A DNA stretch of 64,000 nucleotides from Cetorhinus maximus (lineage: Eukaryota), in the NCBI RefSeq assembly GCF_964194155.1, contig NC_135903.1, positions 10,974,001 through 11,038,000 of the forward strand, given 5' to 3'. The notes under the pieces were generated by a model that worked only from the letters and a program-made list of their open reading frames with translations, did not search any database and was not told the origin of the DNA. Of this stretch, positions 38,387 through 51,441 are shown in pieces. How positions within the stretch are numbered: the stretch's first letter is position 1; each line of letters starts with the position of its first letter. The translations under genes and the position numbers were made by a program.

Positions 38387-40044
38387 AGCAAATGTCTTAA
38401 AAATCGAGTAAGAGGTTATTTTTTTATTTGTGTTTTGTTAAATTAATGTGATTGTAGCATGCGTGATAAATTTTAAAAACCGAGACATCCTTATCTGGAA
38501 TAATAATAAAAAGTTTTTCTTAAAAAAAAGGTGTGTATTTTTCAATTTAAGAATCATAACATGCATGGAAACCAAGTGATGATCTGACTGACATACATGG
38601 TATAAAAACTACATTTTCAATATCGCTACTCCATAGCTTATCTAAGTCTAGATTGTAATCTATCACAAAACAAAAAGTTGACAGTCCTCATTGAATTTCT
38701 GGTAATTGATTTATCTCTATGATTTCCCTTCGAATTTAAATTTCATTCCAGTAATCAGCTTACTGCCCGCATCTAAAAATCAGACTGGATTATAGAAACA
38801 TTATTGGCTAATGATGCTAGGCAAATCTTTGAAATTCGCAACCAGTTTATTACAGAAAGGAAGCACAGGATATTGCGGCTTTTAACAACTGTTTTTTTCT
38901 GGTTTCAGTTATTTTATTCTCTGTTGCACAATCAAGTGAATGTCCTTCTCGGCATACGTCTATCTAAATGTACACCGCAGTCATGCCATCGTCTTATTAA
39001 AGCACTTTTTTTTTTTAAAAAAGGGATGTTGAGCATAAATGGCTTGTAGCCATAACAATGCATGTCCGCAAAAATCCACCACATTCGGTATAGTGCATAT
39101 TAGAACTTTAAGCCTTCCTCACATAATATAGAACAACATTGTGCCCCCAAAAATGTTGAAGTCGCCCTGCTAATTATTCACCGAACCCTCTATGAGGTGA
39201 GTTGTGCTGAAGGACTTATGCGGATCCGGTAAAAGATCGTATAACGATAGTGGGGTTATGCGTATTGCATACAAAAACCCATGTCTCCGGAATGTCAATT
39301 AATATTGTTCATTTAGCATTTAAGTCAGGATAACTGCATGATAATTTTTAAAAGAGCATATTAACACCGAATGGGGGAAGTGGTACAAGATAGTTCAAAC
39401 GTTTATTTTCTTAAGTAGGCTCCTTCAAAGCATAGTAATGGAAAGAAATGTGCTATCCGAGCAGCCCATAGACTGCACCATGGTACAGATTAGAACTTTC
39501 TAAGATTTAGTCCTTCCCTGTTCTTGAAAAAGCCTGTGCATTTTGAAGACAAAAGTTTAAAAAAAAAATCTAGCCTACTTTATTCGCAAACATTTTAGAA
39601 CGAATTTCAGTTCGCAAACACGCAGGAACGATAACATTTTGCAAATACTAATGCGCACATCGACAGGACCAACCGTAAGTCGATGAACGTGTGCATTTAA
39701 CTGACTAGTCAAGGATGGCAAGTTAATTGTTTTTAAATGTATCTGGTCAAAAAACGAAATAAATTGCTCGACTCCAAGTATAGCTATAAAACGTGATTTC
39801 CAATTCAATTGCAAGATAATTGAATAGCCGTTTTATGTTCAGCATTTTTGATTTTTAGCGCTTTTAAACAACTGCACTGTCAAAAGTTAAATAAGATATG
39901 TAGCAAACTGTAATACAATACCGAAAAGTATTGATTTGAGGTAGGTAAATCTAAAAGGTAACTTTTTGTTGTTTTATTATTCATATAATAACACCAATGT
40001 TAATAGATAAGCAATGACCTTAATTCGTGTAATTTAGACGGAGC

Positions 40045-40060
40045 CCAGTAGGTGGCGCAC
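40045..40060 (+). promoter_or_regulatory. CTCF site at the Hox5|6 position
   Basis: CCAGTAGGTGGCGCAC, a perfect core match 300 bp upstream of the HoxB5 ATG. The position is equivalent to the known 5|6 boundary of HoxA/HoxC. Confidence 0.85.
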
Positions 40061-40089
40061 TCTGCAAACCTGGCCACCATTTGGAACCT

Positions 40090-40345
40090 TGCATTCACAT
40101 GGCGTAACGATTCTCGGATCGTCATTATTTGTAACCATAGAGCATGAATTACCCCTTGAGGTCATCAGTGAGAATTTACGACTGGTCAACAAAAGCACGT
40201 GATTCCGACTCGCACCCCCCATATTTGGCCGCATACATAGAAGCGAACGAAGTACAGTCATTTCTATAATTCATTAATATATCATAAATCGTGCAGGACT
40301 GGGTTATAACGACTAACAACCACAAATCAACCCAAAAAAACCCAA
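40090..40345 (+). promoter_or_regulatory. Ultraconserved Hox5 promoter / 5' UTR block
   Basis: GATCGTCATTATTTGTAACCATAGAGCATGAATTAC..TTGAGGTCATCAGTGAGAATTTACGACTGGTCAACAAAAGCACGTGATTCC..CCCCATATTTGGCCGCATACATAG..ATCATAAATCGTG, as recalled for HOXB5/A5/C5. Confidence 0.85.
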
Positions 40346-40880
40346 ATGAGCTCTTACTTTGTAAACTCATTCTCCGGTCGCTATCAAAATGGCCCGGATT
40401 ATCAGTTACTTAATTATGGGACGAGCAGCTCCGAGAACGGACCATACAGGGATTCAGGCACCATGCATTCAGGCACTTACGGCTACAACTACAATGGTAT
40501 GGACCTTAGCATCACCCGTTCAGCCTCATCTAACCACTTTGGAGTGGTTAATACAGAAAAGTCCAGAAGCTATCCTCCAGCTACAGAAACCAGGTTCAGG
40601 CAAGCAGCGAGCTGCACCCTCTCATCTCCAGAACCCCTTCCTTGTTCCGGCAAGGACAGTCACGGAGTCAAGGGTTCCCCATCCGACCCGACTACCTCCT
40701 CTAGTTCAGCAAGTAATTTTACAGAAATGGACGAGGCCGGAGCATCCTCGGATGCCGAAGAGGGCACTCCAGCCAACAACAACAACCATCCCAGGGCACA
40801 GCAAGAACCAACACAAGCAACAACACCAGAACAGCAGCCACAAATATTTCCTTGGATGAGAAAACTGCACATTGGCCATG
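40346..40880 (+). CDS. HOXB5: HoxB5 exon 1
   Basis: [25 protein letters not shown]...YGYNYNGMDLS...PQIFPWMRKLHIGH. Donor CATG|GTACAC. Confidence 0.96.
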
Positions 40881-41357
40881 GTACACTTTCATTTTCTGTT
40901 TATCACTCTAAATATTGCTCTGTGGTCAGATAATTCATGGCGTCCTATTGTGCAACCTAGGTGACACAAAATATGAACAATTTATGTTTCTTTGCTCTAC
41001 AGAAACTAAACTAAACATTTTTCCGCAAATTTAATTTAAACCATTAAACAACAATTTTATTATGTGTATGCAAAGATAATGCGCAAGTTGACCAACAAAA
41101 TTCAGTAAATATTAAAATAATTATATTTAATGCGGATAAATTGTAAATATTGTATGATATCCATGATCCTAGTGTATAGAAAGCTAAGACTTGTACTGCA
41201 CGATCAGCATAATAACAAAGGGAACTGTGCAGCAACCCTAGACAGTCAGTGTTGCTGTGACCCATTTTCCATGGATCTGCTTGCAATTTCAGACATTTGT
41301 TTAAAGGTATGGGCATGTATGTGCGTGTGTGTGACTGTTCATATCTGGTGTAAGTGT

Positions 41358-41396
41358 GCGTGTGTGTGTGTCTCTGTGTGTGTGTGTGTGTGTGTG
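41358..41396. repeat. Interrupted (TG)n microsatellite in the HoxB5 intron
   Basis: Direct reading. Confidence 0.85.
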
Positions 41397-41644
41397 CAGA
41401 TAATTAGAAGCACAGCCGTCAAGACACAAGTTACATAGTCAGACAATGAAAAGGAAAATGATAATTAATAGCAATTCAGATTGGGACAATATACTTTCAT
41501 TTTGACATAATGTCCAGAGAGGCCCCGGGGAAGGGAATATTCCAACACTCATGGTGCAAAATTCTATTTTTTTTAAATGATTTTTTAAAGGGGGTTAGAT
41601 AATTCAGCATGGATAAAAAAAAACCTTCCTGTATTTATTAGCAG

Positions 41645-41895
41645 ATGGTATGGGTGGACCCGACGGGAAAAGAGCCAGGACTGCTTATACTCGTTTTCAG
41701 ACGTTGGAGTTGGAAAAAGAGTTCCACTTCAACAGATATCTAACCCGACGGCGGAGGATAGAGATTGCCCATGCTCTGTGTCTCTCAGAACGGCAGATCA
41801 AGATTTGGTTCCAGAACCGGCGGATGAAATGGAAAAAGGACAACAAGCTGAAAAGCATGAGCATGACGGCCGGAGCAAGCGCCTTTCAACCCTAA
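41645..41895 (+). CDS. HOXB5: HoxB5 exon 2 (homeodomain); spliced protein 261 aa
   Basis: Acceptor TAGCAG|. Encodes [32 protein letters not shown]...[21 protein letters not shown]. Confidence 0.95.
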
Positions 41896-43439
41896 CAAAT
41901 CAAATGTAAAAATAACAGACACCGTGCACCAGTACTGTACAGCGAGGCACCTTTTTCTCCGCGTGTTGTTAAATATTAAAGATGAATTAAACTTTTCTGT
42001 GGTAATGCTAACATTTTTTCTCCCTTTAACCTGTGTTGTCCTTTCGCTGTTAAATGCTTGTTGCTGTCTTACATGTGTCTGTGTCAGTGAACTGTTGGTG
42101 CTCTCTTGAAAAAGTAGCATGGTTTTTGTGGATTGTAAATGGTATAACTTATTTATAATTGACACAAGTTGTACAATTTGATCTTCTTTCCCTCCCACAC
42201 GCTGATAAAAAGCTAAAATCTTTGCTCTTGCACTATCACCCCTCACAAATATAACCACGTTCATGTAAGTTTCTGTCCTTAATGCTGTCCGTGATTTTAA
42301 GCAACGTCTGTATGTCGAAATTCCATGTAGAATTCTAATCTTTGGTAATACATGTGGATAGATTCTGAAATCAGCGATGATTGTACACGATTATTTAGTG
42401 AGTTATAATGGTTGTAAATAATACAAAAAAAGTTTATAATGTTGCCTATAGCTAGTCTGTAATGGGCAGATTGATGAATGGCATATTTTCTGTGGAAGTG
42501 AACGACAACTATGTTTAGCTCCTACAGTATGTTGCCAACAAGCTTTTTGTATTTGTTTGTAGCTTAATTCGAAATAAAGTAAAAGTTTCTCATAACCACC
42601 CCTAATCTCTGAAGTGTAATATGTTGACCGTAAATAGGTTGGCATCTTATTACCCAGCGCAATGCGTTCTACTGCATCTGGAGAATACCTATTGTTAGTA
42701 TCTAGTACAATAAATATCATCATATGTGTTATATTTGAATATTGCTACGTGTCTTGTGATACCTTAACTCCATGTACTGTGCGTTTTATAAATGTACTTT
42801 AACGGCGTACATTGTGAATTTTGCTGAACATCTATTGATTGCTTCTCGTTTTATTACTGGCAATTACTTCTATAAGGTATTATTAGAAGGAAACCTTACC
42901 TGGTTCTATTAGTTAATCGTTCTGATTAATTCCTAAACCTTACCTAACTCTTGCTGTTTTGCTTACGCGGCTGAGTTGCTCGTTTGTATTTAAAGGCGGT
43001 ATTTATGTGATTTGACTTCTGGCATTTGGATCTAACTGAACCCGCCATCTTCTAGTTAAACACTTCAACAAGATTGTTTTCTATTCACTGTCGTCTTGTA
43101 TTTTTGGAAAAAAAAGGTGTCTCGGACTTGGTTTCTGCGGCATGCCCCAAGAGTCTTGTACAGTAACAAGGTGCACTGTTTCAAGTTTGTCTACATGACA
43201 AACTATACGCGTTCCTTTTGTAAATCTGGCTTCATTTTTGTGCAACAGGTAACCCTTAGTTTAGTTTAAACTCAACTTACCAAAAGAACGTCCAAGTGCT
43301 TATCGGTAGTTGATAAGTCACACAGCAAATGTTAGGTCTATCCTGCATAGTGCCTGCTCCCCTTGTGAATATAACAAACTACATATACAAGAAGTCGGTA
43401 TGACATTGGGATGTCAAATGAATTGGGTATTTATCTCAA

Positions 43440-43735
43440 AGTTAGATCGTAAAAATCGCCCATACCGCAGGCAGATACCCCTACTGGCTCTCAAAAGTCA
43501 CGTGGGGTCGTTAAAGTTAGTTTTATGGTTCTGGGGAGTTGACAAGGTACAATATATTTCACATTCTGTATAATGTTAGTGACGCTGAACTTTATCTGAC
43601 TGGGCTTGAAGAGACTGTAAGCATATAATGTGACTAGTCTTCCAGAGGAATCGAGCAGGACTCTTTTACCAGACCTGTAGTTTCCAAAATCTTTACTGAC
43701 TACAGTTAAAATCACATGGAACTGTACAGCTCAAG
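43440..43735 (+). promoter_or_regulatory. Conserved promoter and putative non-coding first exon of a long mir-10/HoxB4/HoxB3 transcript
   Basis: TCGTAAAA, GTCACGTG (core 43499-43504), AAAGTTAGTTTTATGG..GGGGAGTTGACAA.GTACAATATATTTCACATTCT, followed by a consensus donor AAG|GTAAGT at 43735/43736. Confidence 0.65.
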
Positions 43736-46700
43736 GTAAGTTACGTCGAACTACAAAGCAGGGCCCGTATGGCTCCTGACAGCAGGACGCAGGGAAGCTT
43801 CTAAAAACTTTAAAAAATGATAAATTGACAGTTGTGCAAAGATTTTAGCTTTTACAAATATATTTTTTCTATCCTTTAAACAGTGCATCGAGCCCAAAGT
43901 GTAAAAAAAGTAAGATCTGGTGGATGGGATTAATGGGCCTCGTTCCTAGCGCCTGATTATTTTACTTAAGTAGATTTAAATGTTCGTGATGTTTAATTGT
44001 GTTGACATTGAGTTTCTTTTATACATATCGCGTGGTTGAAAATTCGTTTCCTCTAAGTATTTAATATAATTACAATAATTTGCTTTGATTTTAGAGCTTG
44101 ATTTGTTAATCTTTGATTCGGAGCAAAGATTAAAATAAATATGAATTAGATGAACGGTTCAGCTGTGAGCAAAGGTGGGCCAGGAAGGCTCAAACATGTT
44201 CGGAGTTTTAGTTGTTAATGTAAACTTTACTCTTAGTAATCTAGTCGAGATACAAAATGTAGCTCAGCCTCGATGCAGTTTCTTCGTTTCTATTTTAGCT
44301 TAATCTTATTTTCAAAATATTAACAACGTTTTTGCAATTTCCTGGAAAAATCAATCTGCTGGAAAACGGGTAGTTCAACACTGTCCCGTGTGGATTAATA
44401 TAATCTTTTGTAGTCTATTTACATATATTGTTTAAAAAGGAAATGGGCCTTTTGAGGAAGGCCGTGTGCAGTCAAGGACACCTTTATATTATTTTTAAAG
44501 CACTTCCTTGGCTTATTAGTGTTCCGAATGTTAACCACCCCACTAATTGAATGCCGAAGGAATAATAACCACATGCCTTTTTGAATTAAGAGTCAAATTG
44601 ATCGCCATTGTTTTTATTGTTTAAAGGAAGGCATATTCAAATATATGTTTGTAATCGTATTGTAAGACTTTGCAAAGTTAAAATGAAAAAAAAAGGACTC
44701 TATTTAAACGCAGCCATGTTGACATGGAGTCTAATCTCAAAATGACCCTTAATGATATTTTGTGATTAAACTATCACCCCGCCCCCACCTTCCCCATTGC
44801 CTCACCTTCGGTATCTCGCAAACTTGTTTTCAACTCTGGATCAGTAGGTTTTAGTTAGGCTGTGGTTCCGAACCTTGGCCTAACTGAACTCTATTAGAAC
44901 TCATAATGCTTTCAAGGTGAGCAAAGGAACAGCAGAAATGTTAATCGGCGCTAGACGGCCTAAGATAAACGTCTAAAGGTGGATAGAGGCATCTTTTACA
45001 CCCATCGCTGATTGTAAAATTTGATGAACTAGTAAAATATTTTCAAACTATTAAGTGCGCCATACTTTCCGCAACAGCCCGGGATTCATACGTGAGACCC
45101 AGTCACTACTTTTAAATTATAGCCTTTAACTTTTTCAATGCTGTCAGTTTTGAATTATAGACTTTTAGCCTCTATAAATGTCATCGTTTTGAAATGTGAC
45201 TCTTAAGTACGACTAATTGAACGTTGCACAGACTTTTATACGAAAATGTTTCCTTTGGGGTTTCAAGTTGAAGTGAGAGACAGGGGAATGGGTGCTATAT
45301 CAATTTGTTAGGCTAAAGAGATTCTTAACACAAACAGATATCCTTTGATCCTACAGTAAAGAATTACCCGAAACAAGTATAGGCTAACGTTTTATAATTT
45401 AGTTAGATTTTATTTATACACTGCACTTACTGTATGTTACAGTGCTTATCAAGAGTATCACCCTTACTGTAATGGACTTCCTGTCATGATAATCTGACAA
45501 TTGTCTGCAAATTTTGAGGTTCTTTGTAAAGCTTACTTGTGCAGTCACAAACTAGTCTAAGGAGAAATGTAGATACATAAGAGGAAAATTATAGTTTGAC
45601 ATTTCTCATCAGTAAATGTCAAGTTTCTCACCCGTTGATAATCATTGTTGTGACACAGTCCTCGAATCCGTCAAGTTTTTAATTCTCGCCGCTTCCGCTG
45701 TGCAGTTGAGGGGCGGGGGAGGGAGCTTTTTAAATCAATGTTAGGAGTCAAAGTTTTTTTTCTCTCAGAATGTCGAAGTGTTTCTGTCATCTTTTTTATT
45801 GCCTTTCCGCGCTGATAGCTGAGGAAATCCAATGGGTAAACAGGAAAACACATCCCTGATGGAGGAAGTACATTGTGGTCTTGCGTTTCATTTCTCATTT
45901 TATTCAGTGTTCGGTGAAACTGAATGATTATTCTTCAATGTTCTGTCGTAAAATGGGAGATAGAAACAATTAATGCAATTATTTTTACAATTTCTAAATA
46001 CGTATTTTACATGTGGGAGTAATACAACAAAACTGGGTCAAGGTTTTGAGTTTGGGGTAAACCCGTTCTTTGCAATATTGTAGTGTTTTTCTCCGGAATA
46101 AAATAACCTGTCACTTTCAGATCCACTTCCTACGTCACCAACCAACTTCTATTCATTTCAGCCTTGATGGGGTCCTACACTTAGCCCTTCACTTAAATTC
46201 TTCAATCTGATTTAAAGACAGGATGCTCAGGAAATACTTTAGCATAATAGTTTATGATTAGTGTAAGAAAGAAACTGATAGAGCATAAATAAATACAGAA
46301 ATAGACAAGAATCTACAGTCTCTTGGTAGATACTGGTACATAATTAAAATATATCAAACCTGACCAAGAATGTTGCAGTTGAGTGTAAGAAAGGGAATGC
46401 TTAATAGCACCAAATATGTATGTAGCCTGGAATGTTCCCTATTGTAGAAAAATGCTGATTGGCTTCCAATTGGAGCTAACTCTGCTAGGGCGAAAAATCA
46501 TTGCAAATATTTCATAATTCATTCTTAAACACAGATAACCATTCCCACTCATTTCCAATCTATTTAAGGTTACCGGGCCTCTCCCCCTCTTTGTAAATCA
46601 ACACGGGCACCAGCGTTTATGGTGTGAATCAATAGTCAACTGTAACACAACTAATTTAGTTTCAGGGAAAGTGGCGTTGTTTCCTTCCCCTTCTAACACA

Positions 46701-49700
46701 GATGTATTTGCTCCTGATACTATCACAACAGAATTATCTGTTCCACAGAAACGTACAGGATCGATAATCATCCCTATCAGGTTAACTGCACAGTCTAAAG
46801 GTGATGTATTTTCTTTAAGGTTTTTAAGTGGCATGCATTTGGTGCGCTTATGGGCACTGAATGGATAGGAGGACTGGGTTAAGGTTGTAATTTAGGGGGA
46901 ACGGGAACAAAAGGCAGTCACACAAACGCGCGACGGAGTCATAAAGGTGTCAGATGATTATATTGTCGTATTAAACATCTAGTTGCAGACACATAGATAA
47001 AAGCATTCATATCTCACACGTTATCATTAACTCTACTCCGTTGTTTCAACCGTTAGTAACTGGGATCACTTTAGGCCATAAACCGGCACCCTGTTTCAGA
47101 ACGTGCGACCTAAGCGAGGCCAGCATACATATCATAGTCTAATTAAATGCAACACGGGCATAAGGTGAGATCTTAAATTACAGAGCACTATTATTTTCGA
47201 TGCATCTCCTTCACTTAATAAATTGCTAAATGAAAGAAAAAAACTATAAACCACAATATAATTGGTATCAGGCAACATAATAATCCTCATACTCTACAAA
47301 AGGCTTTGTTTTTTTAATGGCAGACAGGCCTTGAAGATTTTTTTAACCCCTGATTTAAATTTAAAAAGGTTGATGTCTGACATTTGCTGTGCAGTTGAAC
47401 GAGACATTTTGCAACAGAAAAGCTTACTCGGTTAGTTTGAAAACAGTACTACCAATATCTCAAACTGTTTTATCCAGTATTCGTTCTCCACCGTTTAAAG
47501 AACAAGACGATGACTTAATTGAATTGAATTGAATTTGGTTTAATTTAATTTTGCATTGAATTTAAGATTCCAAAATTATTAAACAATCTGATGACAAAGA
47601 TAATATAAAACCCTTGTTAATGCTTCATCTCTTGAGGGATTGTTCTGATGACCTGCTTCTCTATATTAAATGTACTCCGCTTTTATTAAACAAGACACGA
47701 TTACTGCCAGCTTAACGTCACACGGAACGCAAAGAACAGAAAAACTGACAATGGTTTCGAAAAAAAAAACATTTGCTACTAACAACTTGAGATATTTTGC
47801 CGCAATAAAAATCGGACTTATAAGCAGAATTTGAAATAAATACGAACAGAATCTGGGGAGTTATTTTACACATGTAACGTGTCGGATCCGCCACCAGAGC
47901 CCGCTTCAGACCAAGTTCATAGTCATTATACGTCTCCTTTCTGCCCCAACGCTTACCAGCCTTTCCACTGCAGTTAATCTGGCAGAACAGAGTCGGAGGA
48001 GTCTGTCTGATATCTCCCCAAAATGTTCTACTTATGCACTATCAGCAGTTTCTAAGTGCTGTAGTCATTTGTCTCTTCAAAACTCACCCTTTCAGTTTGT
48101 ACATTTTTCCTGACGAATAATGATATAAATTCATTCAAACAATGCCGGTAAGAAAAAAATATAATTTTGAAGAGTTCAAACCCAACTTTCAAGAAATTCC
48201 AGTGTCTCAATAAAATCTTTCGGTTTCTAGATTATATGTCTTAAGTGAAGCAGCACTAAAGTTAAAATAAAATCGAGCCTCGTGGGGGTAAAAACAAAAC
48301 TGTACAGCAATACTGTCTGAGGATTGCGATGTTGAAACTGTTCATGGGGGCTTGTTAGTACAGCATTATAGCTAAGGGGTCAAAAAGTGGAGGGTCAAAA
48401 GTTTACGTCGTGCGTGACTTGGTGTTGTCTGCTTAGATAGACCCAGTTCGATGTCAATGGTAAAAGGGATGATCTTGGCTATCGGCACAGATGAGAAAAT
48501 GATACCAAGGTATGATGTGGAAGTGGAAGTAGGGTTTAACGATGAACAACAATCTACAAAGTATGTAAAATAAGACGAGGGAGACGGACAGAGACAGACA
48601 GGGAGAGAGAGAGGTGAGAGTGGGGGTGGGGGGAAGGCTAACTATCCTGATCACGATCTGTGCAAAAACAGGGAGGATTAATTGATCCCTTTTATAGGAC
48701 ACACTGCACAATAAATAGAAATCACCAGATCCACGACGGAAGTAGCTGCGGTATAGGTTATAAGAGACTTTGAAAACACAAATGGACGAGAGAAATAATT
48801 CCCGCCAGATGTAATCAGCTTTTAAAATCATTTAAGAGTCAAGTTGTATGGAAATAGAAACGGTTTATTTATAATGGGTGACATGACGGAAAGGGATGAA
48901 TAGTAAATGCTTGTGGTTATATCAGGACAAGAGACATAAGATAAGTCGAGTCAAGTATACATTATACAAGTCAATGTGAAAATAGCGTGTAAAATAGGAG
49001 TTCATATGTACAGTTATCATATTTTCAAACATATATAGTCCTGACATGTATAGGTGTAAATGGAGAAAGATAGGACAAGGGAGTCAAAAAGGTAGAGACA
49101 GAGTTTTTGGAATTAACTGACGAATTGCTAGGCTTTAAAGTGTCACATAAAGCAAGGTCAGTCACTGAAAACAGGAACACGAGACTCTAAAATTATTTTT
49201 CATATTCTTACACAGGGAAATATTAACTACTTTCATTTCTCCATGCATTTGCTTTTAGGTATTTCTCCCAGTTACCCGCTTATAGACCCTTAGAATAAAA
49301 TTTATCACTCGAAGCCCATTCAGGAAGATTACGGGAACTTTGATTAAATTTTACAAAAGTAAAGAAAACAATAAGATATATCTAGCTTCTTGTCATAGAT
49401 CTCAAAAGTAACTAGATGTCAGTCTTCTTTGATTATCGTTAATGCGCAGTTGTTGCTTCCTATATCAGCCAAAACACTTTTCAAAGTTGCAAACCACGGG
49501 CCCTAGTCTGATCATTTAAACAAAGTAAGCCATTTAAATCTGTCTGCAAGGCAGTGTCTTTGGGGTCGTTCTGCACACCGAAGACGTTTTAAATCTGTTT
49601 ACACTACAGTTGTTCTGCAATAAATCTGTTCAAAGTAAATATACAAGCTCTTAAATTTTGAATGTTTGAATGAACATTTTGTGTAGCAAACTACCAGAAG

Positions 49701-50004
49701 TATTTTCAAACATGTATTTATAGACAGTGAGGGAAGAATTAGGGGCTGCCTACATTCAGGTCACTTTGCATTGCCTGGCATCCACATCAAAACAAGTGTT
49801 TTTATATAGAATAATAATGTAAGCATGATATCAATGATTATACAACATACGTTTTCTTATTCTTACAGAGACAGCAGAGATGTACAGCTATCCTTTTCAA
49901 GTGCCATAACTAAAATGAAAACGAATTGGATTTAAGAGATTTTTTTGTCTCGATTAGATTATGTTAATGTCTTATATAACTTGCTTGCACTTTATAGATA
50001 TAAA

Positions 50005-50106
50005 AACGTTGCATTTCTATAGCGCCTTTCACGCTTCAGGATTCCCCAAAGTTTTTTATAACCAATGGAGTACTTTTGAAGTATGGTCACTATTAGAAAG
50101 TAGGGA
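50005..50106 (-). mobile_element. 3' fragment of a Deu/SacSINE1-like SINE (L2/CR1-type tail)
   Basis: Minus strand reads ..TTCAAAAGTACTCCATTGGTTATAAAAAACTTTGGGGAATCCTGAAGCGTGAAAGGCGCTATAGAAATGCAA, resembling the shark SINE tail ending GAAAGGCGCTATATAAATGCAAG (from memory). Confidence 0.6.
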
Positions 50107-51424
50107 TTATATATTTACTTTCCACTCCCTGATATAAAGGGAATACAAAACACTACTTTTGCATATGAAATATTTTGCAACGGTTTAAATTCGGTAGCAA
50201 AACAAGCTAGCTATATTCTGAAATGGTGAAAAGATCATGTTCACCTGAAATCACATGTGCGTTTTTTCGTTTTCTTTCAAGAAATTGACTGTTCGTAAGT
50301 TTTATGTATTTTATATAAATGTCTGTTCTGATACTTGCTTTTTTTAATACCTTAAATTCATTATTTTAAGCCAGTGTGGTTTCTGTAATTTACAGGGTTC
50401 TTTTTGAGAGGGAGGGGAATTAATCGTCAACAGGAACAGTAACAGAGTCATAGGGATGCTTATATCATTTAATGCAAACTATGATTGTGTTACTATGTGC
50501 AATGGGCAACAAACATATGATTCAAACAATAAATTGCGCCAAGAACATCGAGCTAACAGAAATTGATTCAATCGACGAATGTGTCAATATACACGCAATT
50601 TGCTCAATCTTAACTGAAACATTCACTCAAAAACAACATTCACCAACCCTTCGCATGAAATTAAAATTCCCACTTTGTATGTTAAATAACATGTTGGAAT
50701 TGGAAAATATTTGAACCTTTTCTTTAATCTATGTCTCCATATTTAACATTGTACCGACACGGTTTCACTAATCTGTCAATAGATGGAAAATGCATTAGGA
50801 GAAAATGGAGAAGCAAATGAAATACAGTTTGAGCAAGTTTGAATATAAGTTCATCGAGAAATTTGCTGACATTTGCCTGGAGGGGGTTGCGTCAAATGGG
50901 CGTATTCTCCTTAGTTTTAATTAGAAAATCCTCTGACGTGTTAAAACAATCATTTTCAACAAATTAAATTAATTCGCTGTTACACACACATGCACACATA
51001 TATAGAATGTGAAATGTGCTGGGACTTTTTATTTGCCTGATGCCTTATCAATTGATGTTATTCTTTGGCTTATCCAATGTAGTAATACATAAAATATTCA
51101 ACTGTGAAAAGGATAACATTTTATATTTATGCAACTAAGCATGCCCAAGAAAACAGATCTATTAATTACTTTTGTTATTCAAATTGGAATCTGAGTACGT
51201 ATCTGCCAATAGAGGACTAGAACTGTGACTTCTATAATAAATATTTGATGCTAATGGAATCACAGAACATGCAATGCTTGAGAGAATTTCCAGAGCCTTA
51301 ATGCTGTTTTGGGTAAACTCCTGCCTTGCTATTTTTCTCAAACGTAATGACCTGAGCAAAATTCAATATGACTGAGAGACCTATCCATACTATAGAACTT
51401 GTAGAGGGGGAGAGTCCAAGAGCG

Positions 51425-51441
51425 GGGTGAAACTCAGGTCA
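51425..51441 (+). promoter_or_regulatory. DR5 retinoic acid response element upstream of HoxB4 (B4U-type)
   Basis: GGGTGA aactc AGGTCA, followed by GCGTCTAACAAATATTAAAATG as recalled for the Hox4 upstream RARE. Confidence 0.88.

Noticed and set aside
47063-47078. GGATCA-cttt-AGGCCA as a possible DE-RARE orthologue
   Set aside because: The spacer is 4 nt rather than 5 and the half-sites are weak; orthology cannot be shown without alignment. I found no clear DE-RARE.
48377-48397. Two GGGTCA half-sites
   Set aside because: The 9-nt spacer is not a canonical RARE.
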